A DNA stretch of 64,000 nucleotides. It comes from TPA_inf: Saccharomyces. Its lineage: Eukaryota. Within the stretch, counting starts at the first letter, position 1, and each line of letters opens with the position of its first letter. Positions 1 through 12,472 of the stretch are shown piece by piece. The notes beneath the pieces are model-generated. The model ran no database searches and had not been told where the DNA came from. It saw only the letters and a list, made by a program, of their open reading frames with translations. The stretch lies in the NCBI GenBank assembly GCA_000146045.2, contig BK006938.2:544001-608000 (forward strand), written 5' to 3'. A program made the position numbers and the translations under genes.

Positions 1-2456
1 ATATGCGGAAAATCAACTTATAAGTAGAAAAATACTAGCGATTTTTCTAGTTAGAATATTTAGGGGAACTATGCGAAGACAAACGGTGAAGTCAAAAGAA
101 ACACACTGCCTCGATTAGAAAGGCTTATCTGCCACAGTTTAATTTTTTTTTAATTTTATTTCTTTTTTTTTTATTTAACTAGAATCTGGCTAAAAATAAG
201 CAACGGTCCGTGTAGATTACTGTTTCGAACGAGGAACAACTGAAGGAAAAGTTTTTTATTTTCCGCGAAGTTCGTATATTTTAGTTTTCTTTTACTCCAA
301 GGGTTCGTGACGTCGAATTCCTATCAGCTTTTTTTTGCGCTTGGCGTTCTAGGTCCCTGTGCCCGTCTGAAACTATTCGTACATAGCATTACTAGAGTAC
401 ATAATATCGTCTACCATACATACGACGGGTAGCCAGATTTTGTGCCGGATTGTCGGGGAAAAGACGGCAAATGAGCTCATACGTAATGGTGCGATTTTGA
501 TTCTTAGCTTTCTATTTCTGGAGAAAAGTACTCCAAGGTGGGGAAGGGGGGAGGCTGGGACTAGTTGTTATATGATGTAGCCTAAATGTAACGAGGCGTG
601 GCTCTTTCATCTTATCTCAATGAATAAGTGTAAATTGCCTCGCCTGGTTTAATCTTTTCTCCACATGCAGTAATAGGTATAAAAGGAGTTGAAATTAAAA
701 ATAATAATAAATAATGATATAAAAATTATAAGTTTCTCCTTTCGGAACTAAAAAATAATATTAATAATAATATATAAATATTATATCTTTTTTATAATAT
801 AACATAGATACGAGTTTTTATGTTCCTTTGGCAATAGCTTTTCGTGACTTGTTTTAAATACAAGGCATATAGGCGCAGCTTCACCAAGATATTCTGGCTT
901 AAACCAGCACTATGTATATTTTGGTGTTTGATACCGATATCGGCAGCTCGAAGCGTTTTTATGAACTGTAAAAATATGTCCTACATAGTTGTTTGGTAAT
1001 TTTTTGGTTTTTTAAGATTGTTTTATGAATAGGTGTTTTACCAGAAGGCTATCGCCAGGTAACTCTTTTAACTAAATCGAAAAGATTTATTTGACGTGTC
1101 ATATTGTAAAAACTAAATGGAAGACAGAAACTAACTTTGTCGACACCTATTTTAAACAAGTATCAAACGCGGGCTATAATTTTTATGAGAGCAATCAATG
1201 CAATGGAGTCTATTTCCGGTTAAATGGCACGATTGTGCGTAAAAACACGAGAAAGTGGAAGCATCTTTTTCTTAATGACGGATAATTACCCGAAACAGTG
1301 CAACTGCAAGTGCATACTCTTGAAGGACTTACATATTGAGAGGGAACACATTACTACCTTTCAAGAACACTCGCATTTACGGCGTACATATGGTTCCGCG
1401 GTAGACCCTAGGTTGAATTGAAAACCATGTTTTGAAGGAAAGCAAAGGCAGAATGAGAACATGGAGATGTAAATATTTTCCCAGTTAGGCATGACCCAAA
1501 ATCGCAATCCAGATGCAATTTATTATGACACGTAGACCTTTCCGTATCTAACGTAATAAACGATATCTATTTTCGAGGCGCTCGACATCTCGTATCTGGG
1601 ACAGAAAGTGAGGTAGATTATTCAAGAATACCTATTAAGAAAGGTAGAAGGTATTGCACCGATTCCTAGTATCAATTCTTTTCAAAACCACTTATTTTGC
1701 AAAACATGCGTCTAACCTGCCATTTCAGCAACGTAAATAATAATTACTTCCATATATATTCTTCTCCCCCAGTAGCAATTTTGACATGACAAATTTCAGC
1801 GATAGTTGCTTCGGCATTCGAAAATCGTAGAAGTATGTCTTAATGTAGAAGGTTGAGAACAACCGGATCTTGCGGTCATTTTTCTTTTCGAGGAAAGTGC
1901 AAGTCTGCCACTTTCCAGAAGGCATAGCCTTGCCCTTTTGTTGATATTTCTCCCCACCGTAATTGTTGCATTCGCGATCTTTTCAACAATACATTTTATC
2001 ATCAAGCCCGCAAATCCTCTGGAGTTTGTCCTCTCGTTCACTGTTGGGAAAAACAATACGCCTAATTCGTGATTAAGATTCTTCAAACCATTTCCTGCGG
2101 AGTTTTTACTGTGTGTTGAACGGTTCACAGCGTAAAAAAAAGTTACTATAGGCACGGTATTTTAATTTCAATTGTTTAGAAAGTGCCTTCACACCATTAG
2201 CCCCTGGGATTACCGTCATAGGCACTTTCTGCTGAGCTCCTGCGAGATTTCTGCGCTGAAAGAGTAAAAGAAATCTTTCACAGCGGCTCCGCGGGCCCTT
2301 CTACTTTTAAACGAGTCGCAGGAACAGAAGCCAAATTTCAAAGAACGCTACGCTTTCGCCTTTTCTGGTTCTCCCACCAATAACGCTCCAGCTTGAACAA
2401 AGCATAAGACTGCAACCAAAGCGCTGACGGACGATCCGAAGATAAAGCTTGCTTTG

Positions 2457-2468
2457 CCCATTGTTCTC
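2457..2468 (+). promoter_or_regulatory. Rox1 hypoxic-repressor site CCCATTGTTCTC in the HEM13 promoter, followed by TATA box TATATAAG at 2481-2488
   Basis: Exact match to the Rox1 consensus YYYATTGTTCTC about 175 bp upstream of the HEM13 ATG. Further ATTGTT cores lie at about 1963, 2173 and (minus strand) 2052. HEM13 is a known Rox1/heme-repressed gene. Confidence 0.6.
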
Positions 2469-2641
2469 GTTTCGAAAGGCTATATAAGGACACGGATTTT
2501 CCTTTTTTTTTCCACCTATTGTCTTTCTTTGTTAAGCTTTTATTCTCCGGGTTTTCTTTTTTTGAGCATATCAAAAGCTTTCTTTTCGCAAATCAAACAT
2601 AGCAAACCGAACTCTTCGAACACAATTAAATACACATAAAG

Positions 2642-3628
2642 ATGCCTGCCCCTCAAGATCCAAGGAATCTTCCAATTAGACAACAAATGGAAGCTCTTAT
2701 CCGTCGCAAACAAGCTGAAATCACGCAAGGTTTGGAATCCATCGATACTGTTAAGTTCCACGCTGATACTTGGACCCGTGGTAACGATGGTGGTGGTGGT
2801 ACCTCTATGGTTATCCAAGACGGTACAACTTTCGAAAAAGGTGGTGTTAATGTCTCCGTTGTTTATGGTCAATTGAGCCCAGCGGCCGTTTCAGCCATGA
2901 AAGCTGATCATAAGAATCTGCGTCTACCAGAAGATCCAAAGACTGGTTTGCCAGTTACCGACGGTGTCAAGTTCTTCGCTTGTGGTTTAAGTATGGTCAT
3001 TCATCCCGTTAACCCACACGCTCCAACCACGCACTTAAACTACCGTTACTTCGAAACTTGGAACCAAGATGGGACCCCACAAACTTGGTGGTTTGGTGGT
3101 GGTGCTGATTTGACACCTTCTTACTTATACGAAGAAGACGGTCAATTATTCCACCAACTGCACAAGGATGCCTTGGACAAGCACGACACTGCTTTGTACC
3201 CACGTTTCAAGAAATGGTGTGATGAGTACTTCTACATTACCCACCGTAAGGAAACACGTGGTATTGGTGGTATATTCTTTGACGATTATGATGAACGTGA
3301 CCCACAAGAAATATTGAAGATGGTTGAAGACTGTTTCGATGCTTTCTTGCCATCCTACTTGACTATCGTCAAGAGAAGAAAAGATATGCCATATACAAAG
3401 GAAGAACAACAATGGCAGGCCATTAGACGTGGTAGATACGTTGAATTCAACTTAATCTACGATAGAGGTACCCAATTCGGTTTGAGAACCCCAGGCTCTA
3501 GAGTTGAGTCAATTTTGATGAGTTTGCCTGAACATGCTTCATGGTTATACAACCACCACCCTGCTCCTGGTTCCAGAGAAGCTAAATTACTAGAAGTTAC
3601 CACCAAACCAAGAGAGTGGGTTAAATAA
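2642..3628 (+). CDS. HEM13: Coproporphyrinogen III oxidase (YDR044W), 328 aa
   Basis: Full-length ORF whose translation I recognise as yeast Hem13. A single long ORF with no competing frame. Confidence 0.95.
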
Positions 3629-3977
3629 TTCAAGGTTCTTTAGCAGACCGATTTTATGATCTCAATGACAATGATGATTTAATTATTTCGACCACTTATT
3701 TATACATTTTTTTATCTATTTATTATACCTCCTTTACATAATTCTTCAAATTCAATTGATACAGGATCTCTATTCTTAAAAATATTAATTATTGCGTCCT
3801 ATTTATGATGCAAGTTCACAGTACGTGCAGGATCAAAAATTATATCAGTATCTATTGCTCTAAAAATATGGCAGCAGCCTTCATTCTCAATATGCGATCA
3901 TGCCTTCTAATCAAATTTTAAGATGTTTTTATTACTCTTTTTATTCTTAGAAAATTCATCTTATATTCAAGGACTTC

Positions 3978-4310
3978 TTAATTTTCCTTCCATCTATGAC
4001 CACAGTTTACACACTTATAAAAGGTAGTCATCGGCTCATCAGCTGACCTAATTTGTAGTTGGAAAAAGTAAGCACTCTCACCACCACAAGTATCATAATT
4101 GGGACATTGGGTTTTGGTTTGATCCACATTGTCCCAACCACCACCAAGAACATCATCAACTTCCTTTCTTGGAAGTTTCTTCCTATCATAGATTTCTATA
4201 CCCTCTATAGGAAACTCATATGGACATGAACGGCATGCTAATGTATATACACCACTATCGCCACTCGTTATCAGTAGCATATTGTTACACGAAGGACAAA
4301 ACGAAAGCAT
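3978..4310 (-). CDS. RPC11: RNA polymerase III subunit C11 (YDR045C), 110 aa
   Basis: N-terminal zinc ribbon (CPSC...CRSC) and C-terminal TFIIS-type zinc ribbon (CPNYDTCGG...CVNCGH). Recognised as Rpc11. Confidence 0.93.
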   Translation of the reverse strand: MLSFCPSCNNMLLITSGDSGVYTLACRSCPYEFPIEGIEIYDRKKLPRKEVDDVLGGGWDNVDQTKTQCPNYDTCGGESAYFFQLQIRSADEPMTTFYKCVNCGHRWKEN

Positions 4311-4546
4311 CCTAAATTATGTATTTTACGTTTTACCAATGAATGCGAACTCTTTTGCTTATATAGCCATATAACGTATGCGTTTTCCAGAAAGAAGATT
4401 CTCGGTTATGCTTTTGGATAAAACTTTTCCTACTGTTCTTTTGAACTGGATTTGAATTTTATATCGATCATCTTGCCATGTAATAATAGATGTCCAAAAA
4501 TTTCATCTGCCATTTTTTTATTTTCCCGTTCGTTCACTTGCTCTAG

Positions 4547-4565
4547 TTTTTTTTTTTTTTTTTTT
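4547..4565. repeat. Poly(dA:dT) tract, T19 on the plus strand, about 240 bp upstream of RPC11
   Basis: Homopolymer seen directly in the sequence; a likely nucleosome-excluding promoter element. Confidence 0.9.
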
Positions 4566-4761
4566 CAATACTCGGATTTGAAAATGTTAATGGGAGTGGC
4601 GCTAAAAACCTTCATCTGTAGTTGAATGCTATGACATGAGCAACACAAAATCATTTAGACAACGTTGAGTAAGGTGGTTCGGTCCGAACAACAGTTTCAT
4701 GCTTGTGTTACTTCGTTTATGAATATAATATACAAATATTTAAAATGCTATTTATTATGCA

Positions 4762-6576
4762 CTAACACCAAAATTTGTAGACTCTGACGAATATTGAAGA
4801 GTTCTTTAACCTTTCTTTATTTTCTTCGTCCTCCTGCCTCATTATTTCAGGGTCGTAAACTCTTCTATGAAAGTCCAAGTCGATCTTGTCCAGTGGGTTT
4901 AAAAAGGTAAAATCTCTTTTGTAAACCATGTATCCAACATACATGAATATCCATAGCGGGGCAGCCAGATAACTCTCGAAGAATGCCTGAGCATCACACT
5001 TTCCGCCATTTCCTATTGGAGACAGTGCGACCCAAAATTGGGCCATAAAGACAAGCATATTGAAAAAAACCCCATAGTATGAACCCCATATACCGGTATT
5101 GGCCTTATAGCCGACTTCATCAAGTGATCTTCCTTGGACTTTCATCGCTTTTCTGAATCGAATGTGTGAAAGCATAATGCCTGACCATGTGAAAAGTTCA
5201 CTCAAACCTGCAATGGCTGCCAACCATGTAAATGCTTGCTCTTCCTGTGGAGAACAGGCGACGAAGCCAACGACACCAACAAGAGAGCACACTACCAAGG
5301 CCCTTAAAGGTCTTCCCTCCCTATCAATATAGTTCAAAAATTTTGGAGCATAGCCCTGTTGAGCCAAGGAACACATTAATCTCGGTGCGGCATAAAGGGC
5401 AGAGTTCGCAACAGAGATGACTGATATCAAAATAACAGCATTAATGATATGGGGGATGACCCTAACCTTGTGAATAGAGGCTGCCAAGACATATGGTGAA
5501 GCGTGCGTTGCGGAGCCACCGGAACCCATCAATTGATCGTTATTGTGAGGAACATTGAACCCAATTAGAATCATTGTCAGCAAATAAATGATCAAAATAC
5601 GATATACACTTCTCTTCGCGGCTACAGGAGTGGATTTTCTAGGGTTAGACTGCTCATTGATGGAAAGAACAAATAATTCAATACCACCGAAGGAGAAATA
5701 TGCAGATACTAGAATATAACATATCCCTTTGAAACGAGTGGCACCGCTGCCTTCTGCAAATGAACCAGGGTCGCGCCAATATTTGCCGCCAATATAGCCG
5801 TCCACACCGGCTCCCCCACAATTGATGACGACTGATAAAATAATGAATCCTGCAACCATCAATATCTTACAGGAATTGAAGATAAATTCCGTTTCACCGT
5901 ATGCCTTAACACCAAAAAAGTGGATAAACAATAAAAACACATAGAAAATGACAATGAATACATCAGCATTAATTGTGTCATTCCAGTACTTGACGGTCAT
6001 GGAAGAAGTAATCAATTCCAACGGTAGCACAGTTAACCACTGAATGCAAAATAACCAAGTGGTCGCGAACCCAAACGACTTTGAAATAAAGATTGAATTG
6101 TATGCATTGAAGTTACCTGGAAGCGTCGGATAAGTGACACCCATCTCACCAGCCGCTTGGACCATAAAATACGTGACGAAGGACACCATAACGTAACCGA
6201 TGACTAAAGACCCCGGGCCTGCAAGACTCAAACCTTTGGCGTTGGCAACTAGAAGACCTGTTCCTATCCCTGTACCTAAAGACATCATTACAACATGTCT
6301 AGATTTCATTGACTTTTTTAAGTGGTTATTAGATTTCATCGATTTGGTACCATCCTCCAAGTCATTGTCTTCTTCTAAACGTTGGCTTTCGGCTCTTCTG
6401 AATGAGTCGACGAATCTGTGAACTAACCCATTGCGAGATTCCTCAGAATGTTCCTTAATCTCCGGAGTTAGTGAAGCTGTTGTTGATGTATTGAAGTTAT
6501 TATATAAAGCAGAGTCTGTTACTTCAAACTCTGCACTTTTTTCCATTTTGGAAGACGTTACTATAGGATCTGACAT
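4762..6576 (-). CDS. BAP3: Branched-chain amino acid permease (YDR046C), 604 aa
   Basis: APC/AAP-family 12-TM permease with a hydrophilic N-terminus. Recognised as Bap3. Confidence 0.94.
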   Translation of the reverse strand: MSDPIVTSSKMEKSAEFEVTDSALYNNFNTSTTASLTPEIKEHSEESRNGLVHRFVDSFRRAESQRLEEDNDLEDGTKSMKSNNHLKKSMKSRHVVMMSLGTGIGTGLLVANAKGLSLAGPGSLVIGYVMVSFVTYFMVQAAGEMGVTYPTLPGNFNAYNSIFISKSFGFATTWLFCIQWLTVLPLELITSSMTVKYWNDTINADVFIVIFYVFLLFIHFFGVKAYGETEFIFNSCKILMVAGFIILSVVINCGGAGVDGYIGGKYWRDPGSFAEGSGATRFKGICYILVSAYFSFGGIELFVLSINEQSNPRKSTPVAAKRSVYRILIIYLLTMILIGFNVPHNNDQLMGSGGSATHASPYVLAASIHKVRVIPHIINAVILISVISVANSALYAAPRLMCSLAQQGYAPKFLNYIDREGRPLRALVVCSLVGVVGFVACSPQEEQAFTWLAAIAGLSELFTWSGIMLSHIRFRKAMKVQGRSLDEVGYKANTGIWGSYYGVFFNMLVFMAQFWVALSPIGNGGKCDAQAFFESYLAAPLWIFMYVGYMVYKRDFTFLNPLDKIDLDFHRRVYDPEIMRQEDEENKERLKNSSIFVRVYKFWC

Positions 6577-7025
6577 TACCTTAGGGGAAAGAAAATATTA
6601 AGAAACAATATCTTACTTCGCCAATCCATCAATAGTAACCACGCTAATTACAACGTAGTTTTTAATGCCCGGTTTTTCCGATTTACCACAAGGAAACGCA
6701 AGAACAAACTACATACTGCCACTGAAATGAATTTCACTGCTAATATATCTATCCTTTAGCGAAAAAGACAAGATCAACAGAGGCGCCAGAAAAAGGCAAT
6801 TATGACTAAAAAAAAAACTGTGTAAACCTGGGGATGGTAGCTGAACTACTTGCAGTCGAAAATGACCGCATATTTTACTGTCATGCTTCTGTCAAGAAAA
6901 ACGAGCCTTGGATGAGAGCTTTCGTTGATCGCGGCTCGAAGTTCAGGTAGAGAAATATAGCAGAGCTCTTTTCGCGGAGCCGCATGCACGGCTACATTAA
7001 AAGGTGTCCTTCCAGCTCAGCGATA

Positions 7026-7058
7026 TGTGTCGGCCGGAAAAAAAAAGCACGCATCCGG
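7026..7058 (-). promoter_or_regulatory. Candidate SPS-sensor (Stp1/Stp2) UASaa in the BAP3 promoter: CGGC-containing repeats flanking an A9 tract
   Basis: Sequence GTCGGCCGGAAAAAAAAAGCACGCATCCGGCAAGC lies about 450-480 bp upstream of the BAP3 ATG (minus strand). Stp1/2 sites in amino-acid permease promoters are CGGC-type repeats. Motif-level inference only. Confidence 0.35.
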
Positions 7059-7859
7059 CAAGCACACTAGTAAGTCTAATGCAGGATGAAGAAACGAAGA
7101 AGGTGCCATGAGAAGGAAAATAAAACTCAATGGGACGGAACGGCAGCATTTTTTAACAAATTATTTTGGATTCATCCGTAACAATATAACTTGGTACGGG
7201 AACGGCATGTTTTAAATGCACAGCGGTGCCTTGTTTCGCCGTGGATTGTTAAAGGCTCTTTTTCGGACGCCACATATTCCTATGCTGCACCAGCAATTGG
7301 TGTCTTCGGATCATACTACTTCGCACTAGTTTATATTCAAGGCTTTTAATGGAGCTTCGCTCTTAAAAGAAAAAACTTCTTTACTTCCATGCGCGCGTTT
7401 TTGGCGTACGTAGCACTGCGAAAGAGTGGGTGATATATAGAGAACATGTTGTAGTATACGTACGCGGGCAATTGTGGTGACAGTATCTCTTTCTGTTAGC
7501 AAGTAATATATCCTTGGCCTCAACCTGTCAATAGTGTTAGTTTATCCGCCATCTTGGCGCTATCATACACGATCTTTTTCAATGTTTCTCGTATATACAG
7601 GACAGGGTTCGGGGTTTTTGGCGGCAGGAGAGGAAAGCAAAAAAAAATGAGGCAAGAGTTTTAATTTTGCCAGCGAAATGTTCTGCCATTTTCATCTTTA
7701 CCGCTCGAATTAGTGATGTTCCAGACGAAGGTAACATAGAGTGATCGATAGGTTCTTCAATTCATCAAGCATTATCTCAGAATTGTGTTTGGTAAGCTCT
7801 CTTCGAGAAAAGGAAGAACAAAAAAAAAAAAAATAAAGCAAAGAACAGGTTATAACGCT

Positions 7860-8948
7860 ATGGGTAACTTTCCAGCTCCAAAAAACGATTTGATATTGAG
7901 AGCCGCAAAGGGTGAAAAAGTCGAGAGACCGCCATGCTGGATAATGCGCCAGGCAGGTCGTTACCTGCCGGAATATCACGAGGTGAAAAACAATCGTGAT
8001 TTCTTTCAAACTTGCAGGGATGCGGAAATTGCTTCTGAGATTACTATCCAGCCGGTAAGACGCTATAGAGGCCTCATTGATGCTGCTATTATTTTTAGTG
8101 ATATCTTAGTTATTCCGCAAGCCATGGGTATGAGGGTCGAGATGCTCGAAGGTAAAGGTCCACATTTCCCAGAACCTTTAAGAAATCCGGAAGACCTCCA
8201 AACGGTATTAGACTACAAGGTTGATGTTTTGAAAGAGTTAGATTGGGCTTTCAAGGCAATCACCATGACAAGGATCAAGTTGGATGGTGAGGTTCCCTTA
8301 TTTGGCTTTTGCGGGGGACCTTGGACTCTAATGGTTTATATGACGGAAGGCGGTGGATCCCGTCTTTTCAGATTTGCCAAACAATGGATTAACATGTATC
8401 CAGAGCTTTCTCACAAATTATTACAAAAAATCACTGATGTGGCCGTGGAGTTTCTGAGTCAGCAAGTCGTGGCGGGTGCTCAAATACTACAAGTTTTTGA
8501 AAGTTGGGGTGGTGAGCTTTCGTCTGTAGATTTTGATGAGTTTTCCCTACCATATTTAAGACAAATTGCCGAAAGAGTGCCTAAAAGATTGCAAGAATTA
8601 GGTATCATGGAACAGATTCCTATGATCGTTTTTGCGAAAGGGTCGTGGTATGCTTTGGACAAGCTATGCTGTTCAGGATTTGACGTTGTTTCGTTGGACT
8701 GGTCCTGGGACCCAAGAGAAGCGGTAAAAATAAACAAGAACCGTGTCACCTTGCAGGGCAACCTGGATCCTGGCGTCATGTATGGTTCTAAAGAGGTAAT
8801 AACAAAGAAAGTTAAACAGATGATTGAGGCTTTTGGAGGTGGGAAGTCCCGCTACATTGTTAATTTCGGTCACGGTACCCACCCTTTCATGGATCCAGAC
8901 GTCATCAAGTTTTTCTTGGAGGAGTGCCACAGAATTGGTTCGAAGTAA
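7860..8948 (+). CDS. HEM12: Uroporphyrinogen decarboxylase (YDR047W), 362 aa
   Basis: URO-D family sequence. An in-frame upstream ATG at 7785 (387-aa ORF in the track) runs through an A15 tract encoding KKKKIK and is unlikely to be used. The start at 7860 gives the canonical 362-aa protein. Confidence 0.9.
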
Positions 8949-9253
8949 TGTGGAAATATTGATTCTTATAGTGTTATAAGTGATAATATACGTTTATGTA
9001 AATAATATCTTTTTCACAACGTTCAAAAGTGGCCTTTTTTCTTTTTTCGATATTCTGTATATTTATTACGATTTTTTTTTTTTTCAGATATTTATTTTTG
9101 CAGGTTCTCTGAATGGATGTAGTGACAAAATCTTAAATAGAAGAAAATAAAAGATGAAGGTATATGAAAATAAATGAGAATGCATATCACCTTTCCTTCG
9201 AAGAAAAAGGATTTTCAAAAGATCTGCACGCCTGTTGACAAGCTTCCAATAGC

Positions 9254-11152
9254 ATGAATTCACAAAAGGCGAGTAAAATGACTGGCTCACTAAAAAAGAA
9301 TGATCTTTATATTTTTGATTTGTCTGAGCAACTTCTGAATTCATTGAAATTGATGAGCTTTGACTCCACACTGCGAGAAGTTGAAGTAGAGAAGACATCT
9401 GATAATGATAGAAACAAGGAGTCTGGAGATCTCCAAATAGCAAGAAAGAAGGTCACATCAAATGTTATGCGTTGTAGTGTTTGTCAAATGAGCTTTGATT
9501 CCAGAAATGAACAAAAGGCCCACTACCAGACTGATTATCATTTGATGAATGTTAAGCGTAACCTTAGGGGGCTGGATATCCTATCCGTTGAGGAATTCGA
9601 TGCGCTGATTTCTAAGGAGCATGGTATCAAGTCTGAAGACGAAAATTCTGGCGGCGAGCAAACTTCAAGCGATCACGAAGAAAGTGAGGAAGCCAGCGAT
9701 CGGGACCCGGACCTACAAACTAATAATTATATGGAAACTATAATCGAAAATGATTTGCAGAAATTAGGGTTCCAAAAAGACGAGTCGGATGCTATTAGCC
9801 ATATTAATACCCAATCGCCCTACATTTATTTCAAATCGAAGTATCTTCAAAAGAATGAGGTCTTGGCGATTTATAAGTCTCTATTTAATAAAAGGAGTCT
9901 TTCCAACCCCAATGAAGCTTTGACTTTTTGGAATTCGCAAGAGAACCCAATGGCCATTTCAGCTCTGTTTATGGTGGGAGGTGGACATTTTGCGGGAGCA
10001 ATTGTTTCTCATCAAAGACTCAATGTCAAGGGGAACGCGCACAAGAAGGACGAAACCTTAATTGAGCAAGCGGTCAATTTCTTAGAGCACAAGACGTTTC
10101 ACAGGTATACTACCAGAAGGAAGCAAGGTGGTTCTCAGTCAGCAATGGACAATGCAAAGGGAAAAGCTAACTCTGCCGGTTCAGCACTTCGTAGGTACAA
10201 TGAAAGCGCTTTAAAAACAGATATACAGGGTGTGTTGAAGGACTGGGAACCTTATCTGTCAAAGTGTGATAATATTTTTATTCGAGCTCGCAATGTCAGT
10301 GATAAAAAAATTTTTACTGATAATACCGTTCTGAACAAGGGTGATGAAAGGATAAAGAGCTTCCCTTTTACCACGAACAGGCCCACTGTATTAGAATTGA
10401 AGAAGGCATGGTGCGAACTTTCCTACCTGAAAATATTACCTAAGCCTGAACCATTGGCAGTGAAAGAAACAGTACAAAAGTTAGAAGTGTCGAACAAAAA
10501 GGACGAATTTAAAGAAAAACAAGAACCGTTACTGGAAGAAATCCAAACAGAAGAAATAATTTCTCTGCTGAAGAAAGGAAGGGCACCGTTATTGATATCC
10601 TTCTTAAAAAAGAATAAGCTTGATGGAAACTTTCGGTTAAAGCCTGAGAGTAAATATTCCTTAACCCCTACCATGTTACATTATGCATCGCAGCAAGGGA
10701 TGAAACAGATGGCACTGATTTTGCTCTCAAATATTAAATGCGATCCAACGATCAAGAACAGACTAGGAAGGACTGCGTGGGATTTGAATAGAAACGACGA
10801 CGTGAGACACGCGTTTCAAATTGCAAGATACAATCTTGGAGAGTCTTTCACTAATTGGGACGAAACTCATATCGGTCAGCCATTGAGCAGAGAACAAGTT
10901 GATGAAATCAATGAAAAGAAAAAAGCAATAGAGAATGAAAAGGCAGAAAAACTGATTAAATTGGAATTAGAAGCCGCCAAGGAAAAACAAAGATTTGCTA
11001 AAGATGCAGAGAGGGGTCCAGGCAAAAAGTTAACCAATATTCCTTCAATTCAGCAACAAAATTTGAATTCTTTGACCGATGAACAGAGACGCAGATTGAT
11101 GAGAGAACAAAGGGCTAGAGCCGCAGAAGAAAGGATGAAAAAGAAATACTGA
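9254..11152 (+). CDS. VMS1: Vms1, Cdc48-associated peptidyl-tRNA hydrolase/mitochondrial stress protein (YDR049W), 632 aa
   Basis: C2H2 zinc finger ([23 protein letters not shown]), ankyrin-repeat region and a lysine/glutamate-rich C-terminal coiled coil. Recognised as Vms1. Confidence 0.92.
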
Positions 11153-11725
11153 GGAATATCTCATATTCAAATTTTTAGGATTTTTCTTAGCATTTGCATA
11201 TATTTTCATAGACACAGTACTTACATTTAATAACAGTAATTGAAAAGCAATATTAAAATATAGAAGCCCAAATTTTATATTTCAAATGAATAAATGTTGT
11301 TTTTTTTGGCAATTTTTTGCTCTTCTATATAACAGTTGAAATTTGGATAAGAACATCTTCTCAACGCGAAAATGACGCCTCCAGTGAAAAAACATAAACT
11401 TTCAATGCAGTCTTCGGTACACTTATGAGTAACCCATATAGAGATCGTACACATTTTACAAGGATTTAGAGACAAAGTAATATTCTTCGTTGATATAGAG
11501 GTGTTCAATTGTTAAATGCTTTTCTTCTTTTTATTAGAAAAAGCGCCTTGCTTTTTGTTGTATCACTTGTAAATCTACCGTCCCTTACAAGAACATTCAC
11601 GAAATTTAAGTGGCTCAGAATGAAAAAGAAACAATATAAAAAAGCTTTCCGTAGTCATCAATTTATTTTACATAACACTAGATATAAAGAAAAGAAGATA
11701 ATATTTTTATATAATTATATTAATC

Positions 11726-12472
11726 TTAGTTTCTAGAGTTGATGATATCAACAAATTCTGGCTTCAAAGAAGCACCACCGACCAAGAAACCATCGACATC
11801 AGCCTTGTCCTTGAAGGTAACGGCGTTGCTACCGTTAGCGGAACCACCGTATAAGATTCTCAATTCGCTGGCAGCCTTGTCACCCAACTTGGAAGCCAAG
11901 AACTTTCTGATGGAAGCGTGAATATCTTGAGCATCTTCTGGAGTAGCAGCCAAACCGGTACCAATGGCCCAGACTGGTTCGTAAGCGACAACGACGTTAG
12001 TCCAGTCCTTAACTTCTTCCAAGACAGCGTTCAATTGTCTTTCAACAACATCCAAAGTCTTACCGGCCTTCTTTTCTTCCAAAGTTTCACCGATACACAA
12101 GATGACACCGACACCTTGACCTAAAGCGAACTTGGTCTTGTCAGCAATGAACTTGTCATCTTCGTGGAAGTAAGATCTTCTTTCGGAGTGACCCAAAATA
12201 ACCCACTTAGCACCAACATCCTTGATTTGGTCAACGGAGTTTTCACCGGTGAAAGCACCAGAAGCCTTCAAGTAGGCGTTTTGAGCACCGACAGTGACTT
12301 GTGGCTTCTTAACCAAAGAGACAGAGTAGTCTAAGTAGGTAGCTGGAGGACAGATAACAACTTCGACATTTTCTGGGATAGAAGCAGTGTTCAATCTTTC
12401 AACAATTTCCTTAATGGATTGTTTGGAACCGTTTAATTTAAAGTTACCACCGACAAAGAAAGTTCTAGCCAT
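11726..12472 (-). CDS. TPI1: Triose-phosphate isomerase (YDR050C), 248 aa
   Basis: Unmistakable TIM sequence ([11 protein letters not shown], catalytic loop). High codon bias. Confidence 0.97.

Noticed and set aside
1796-2155. 119-aa minus-strand ORF in the HEM13 upstream region, and 110-aa ORF 2540-2872 overlapping the HEM13 start
   Set aside because: No homology I recognise and AT-rich codon usage. The second overlaps a conserved gene antisense. These are probably non-coding, although cryptic transcription here is not excluded (see the finding on 1-2641).
4311-4761. Ribi-type RRPE/PAC motifs in the RPC11 promoter
   Set aside because: Only a partial AAAAATTTC (about 4496) and no PAC; not convincing.
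7785-7859. In-frame N-terminal extension of HEM12 (387-aa ORF in the track)
   Set aside because: The extension runs through an A15 homopolymer (encoding KKKKIK), lacks URO-D homology, and the downstream ATG at 7860 gives the canonical 362-aa enzyme.
9050-9110. ARS consensus search (WTTTAYRTTTW): best hits ATTTATTTTTG at about 9092, TTTTATATTTC at about 11273, ATTTATATTTC at about 23622
   Set aside because: All are 10/11 matches in AT-rich 3' regions. Such near-matches are abundant by chance, and I have no B-element or replication data. I cannot support an origin call from sequence alone.
9084-9443. 119-aa minus-strand ORF overlapping the VMS1 start (corresponds to the dubious ORF YDR048C)
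   Set aside because: Low-complexity, overlaps the 5' end of a conserved gene on the opposite strand, and has no recognisable domain.
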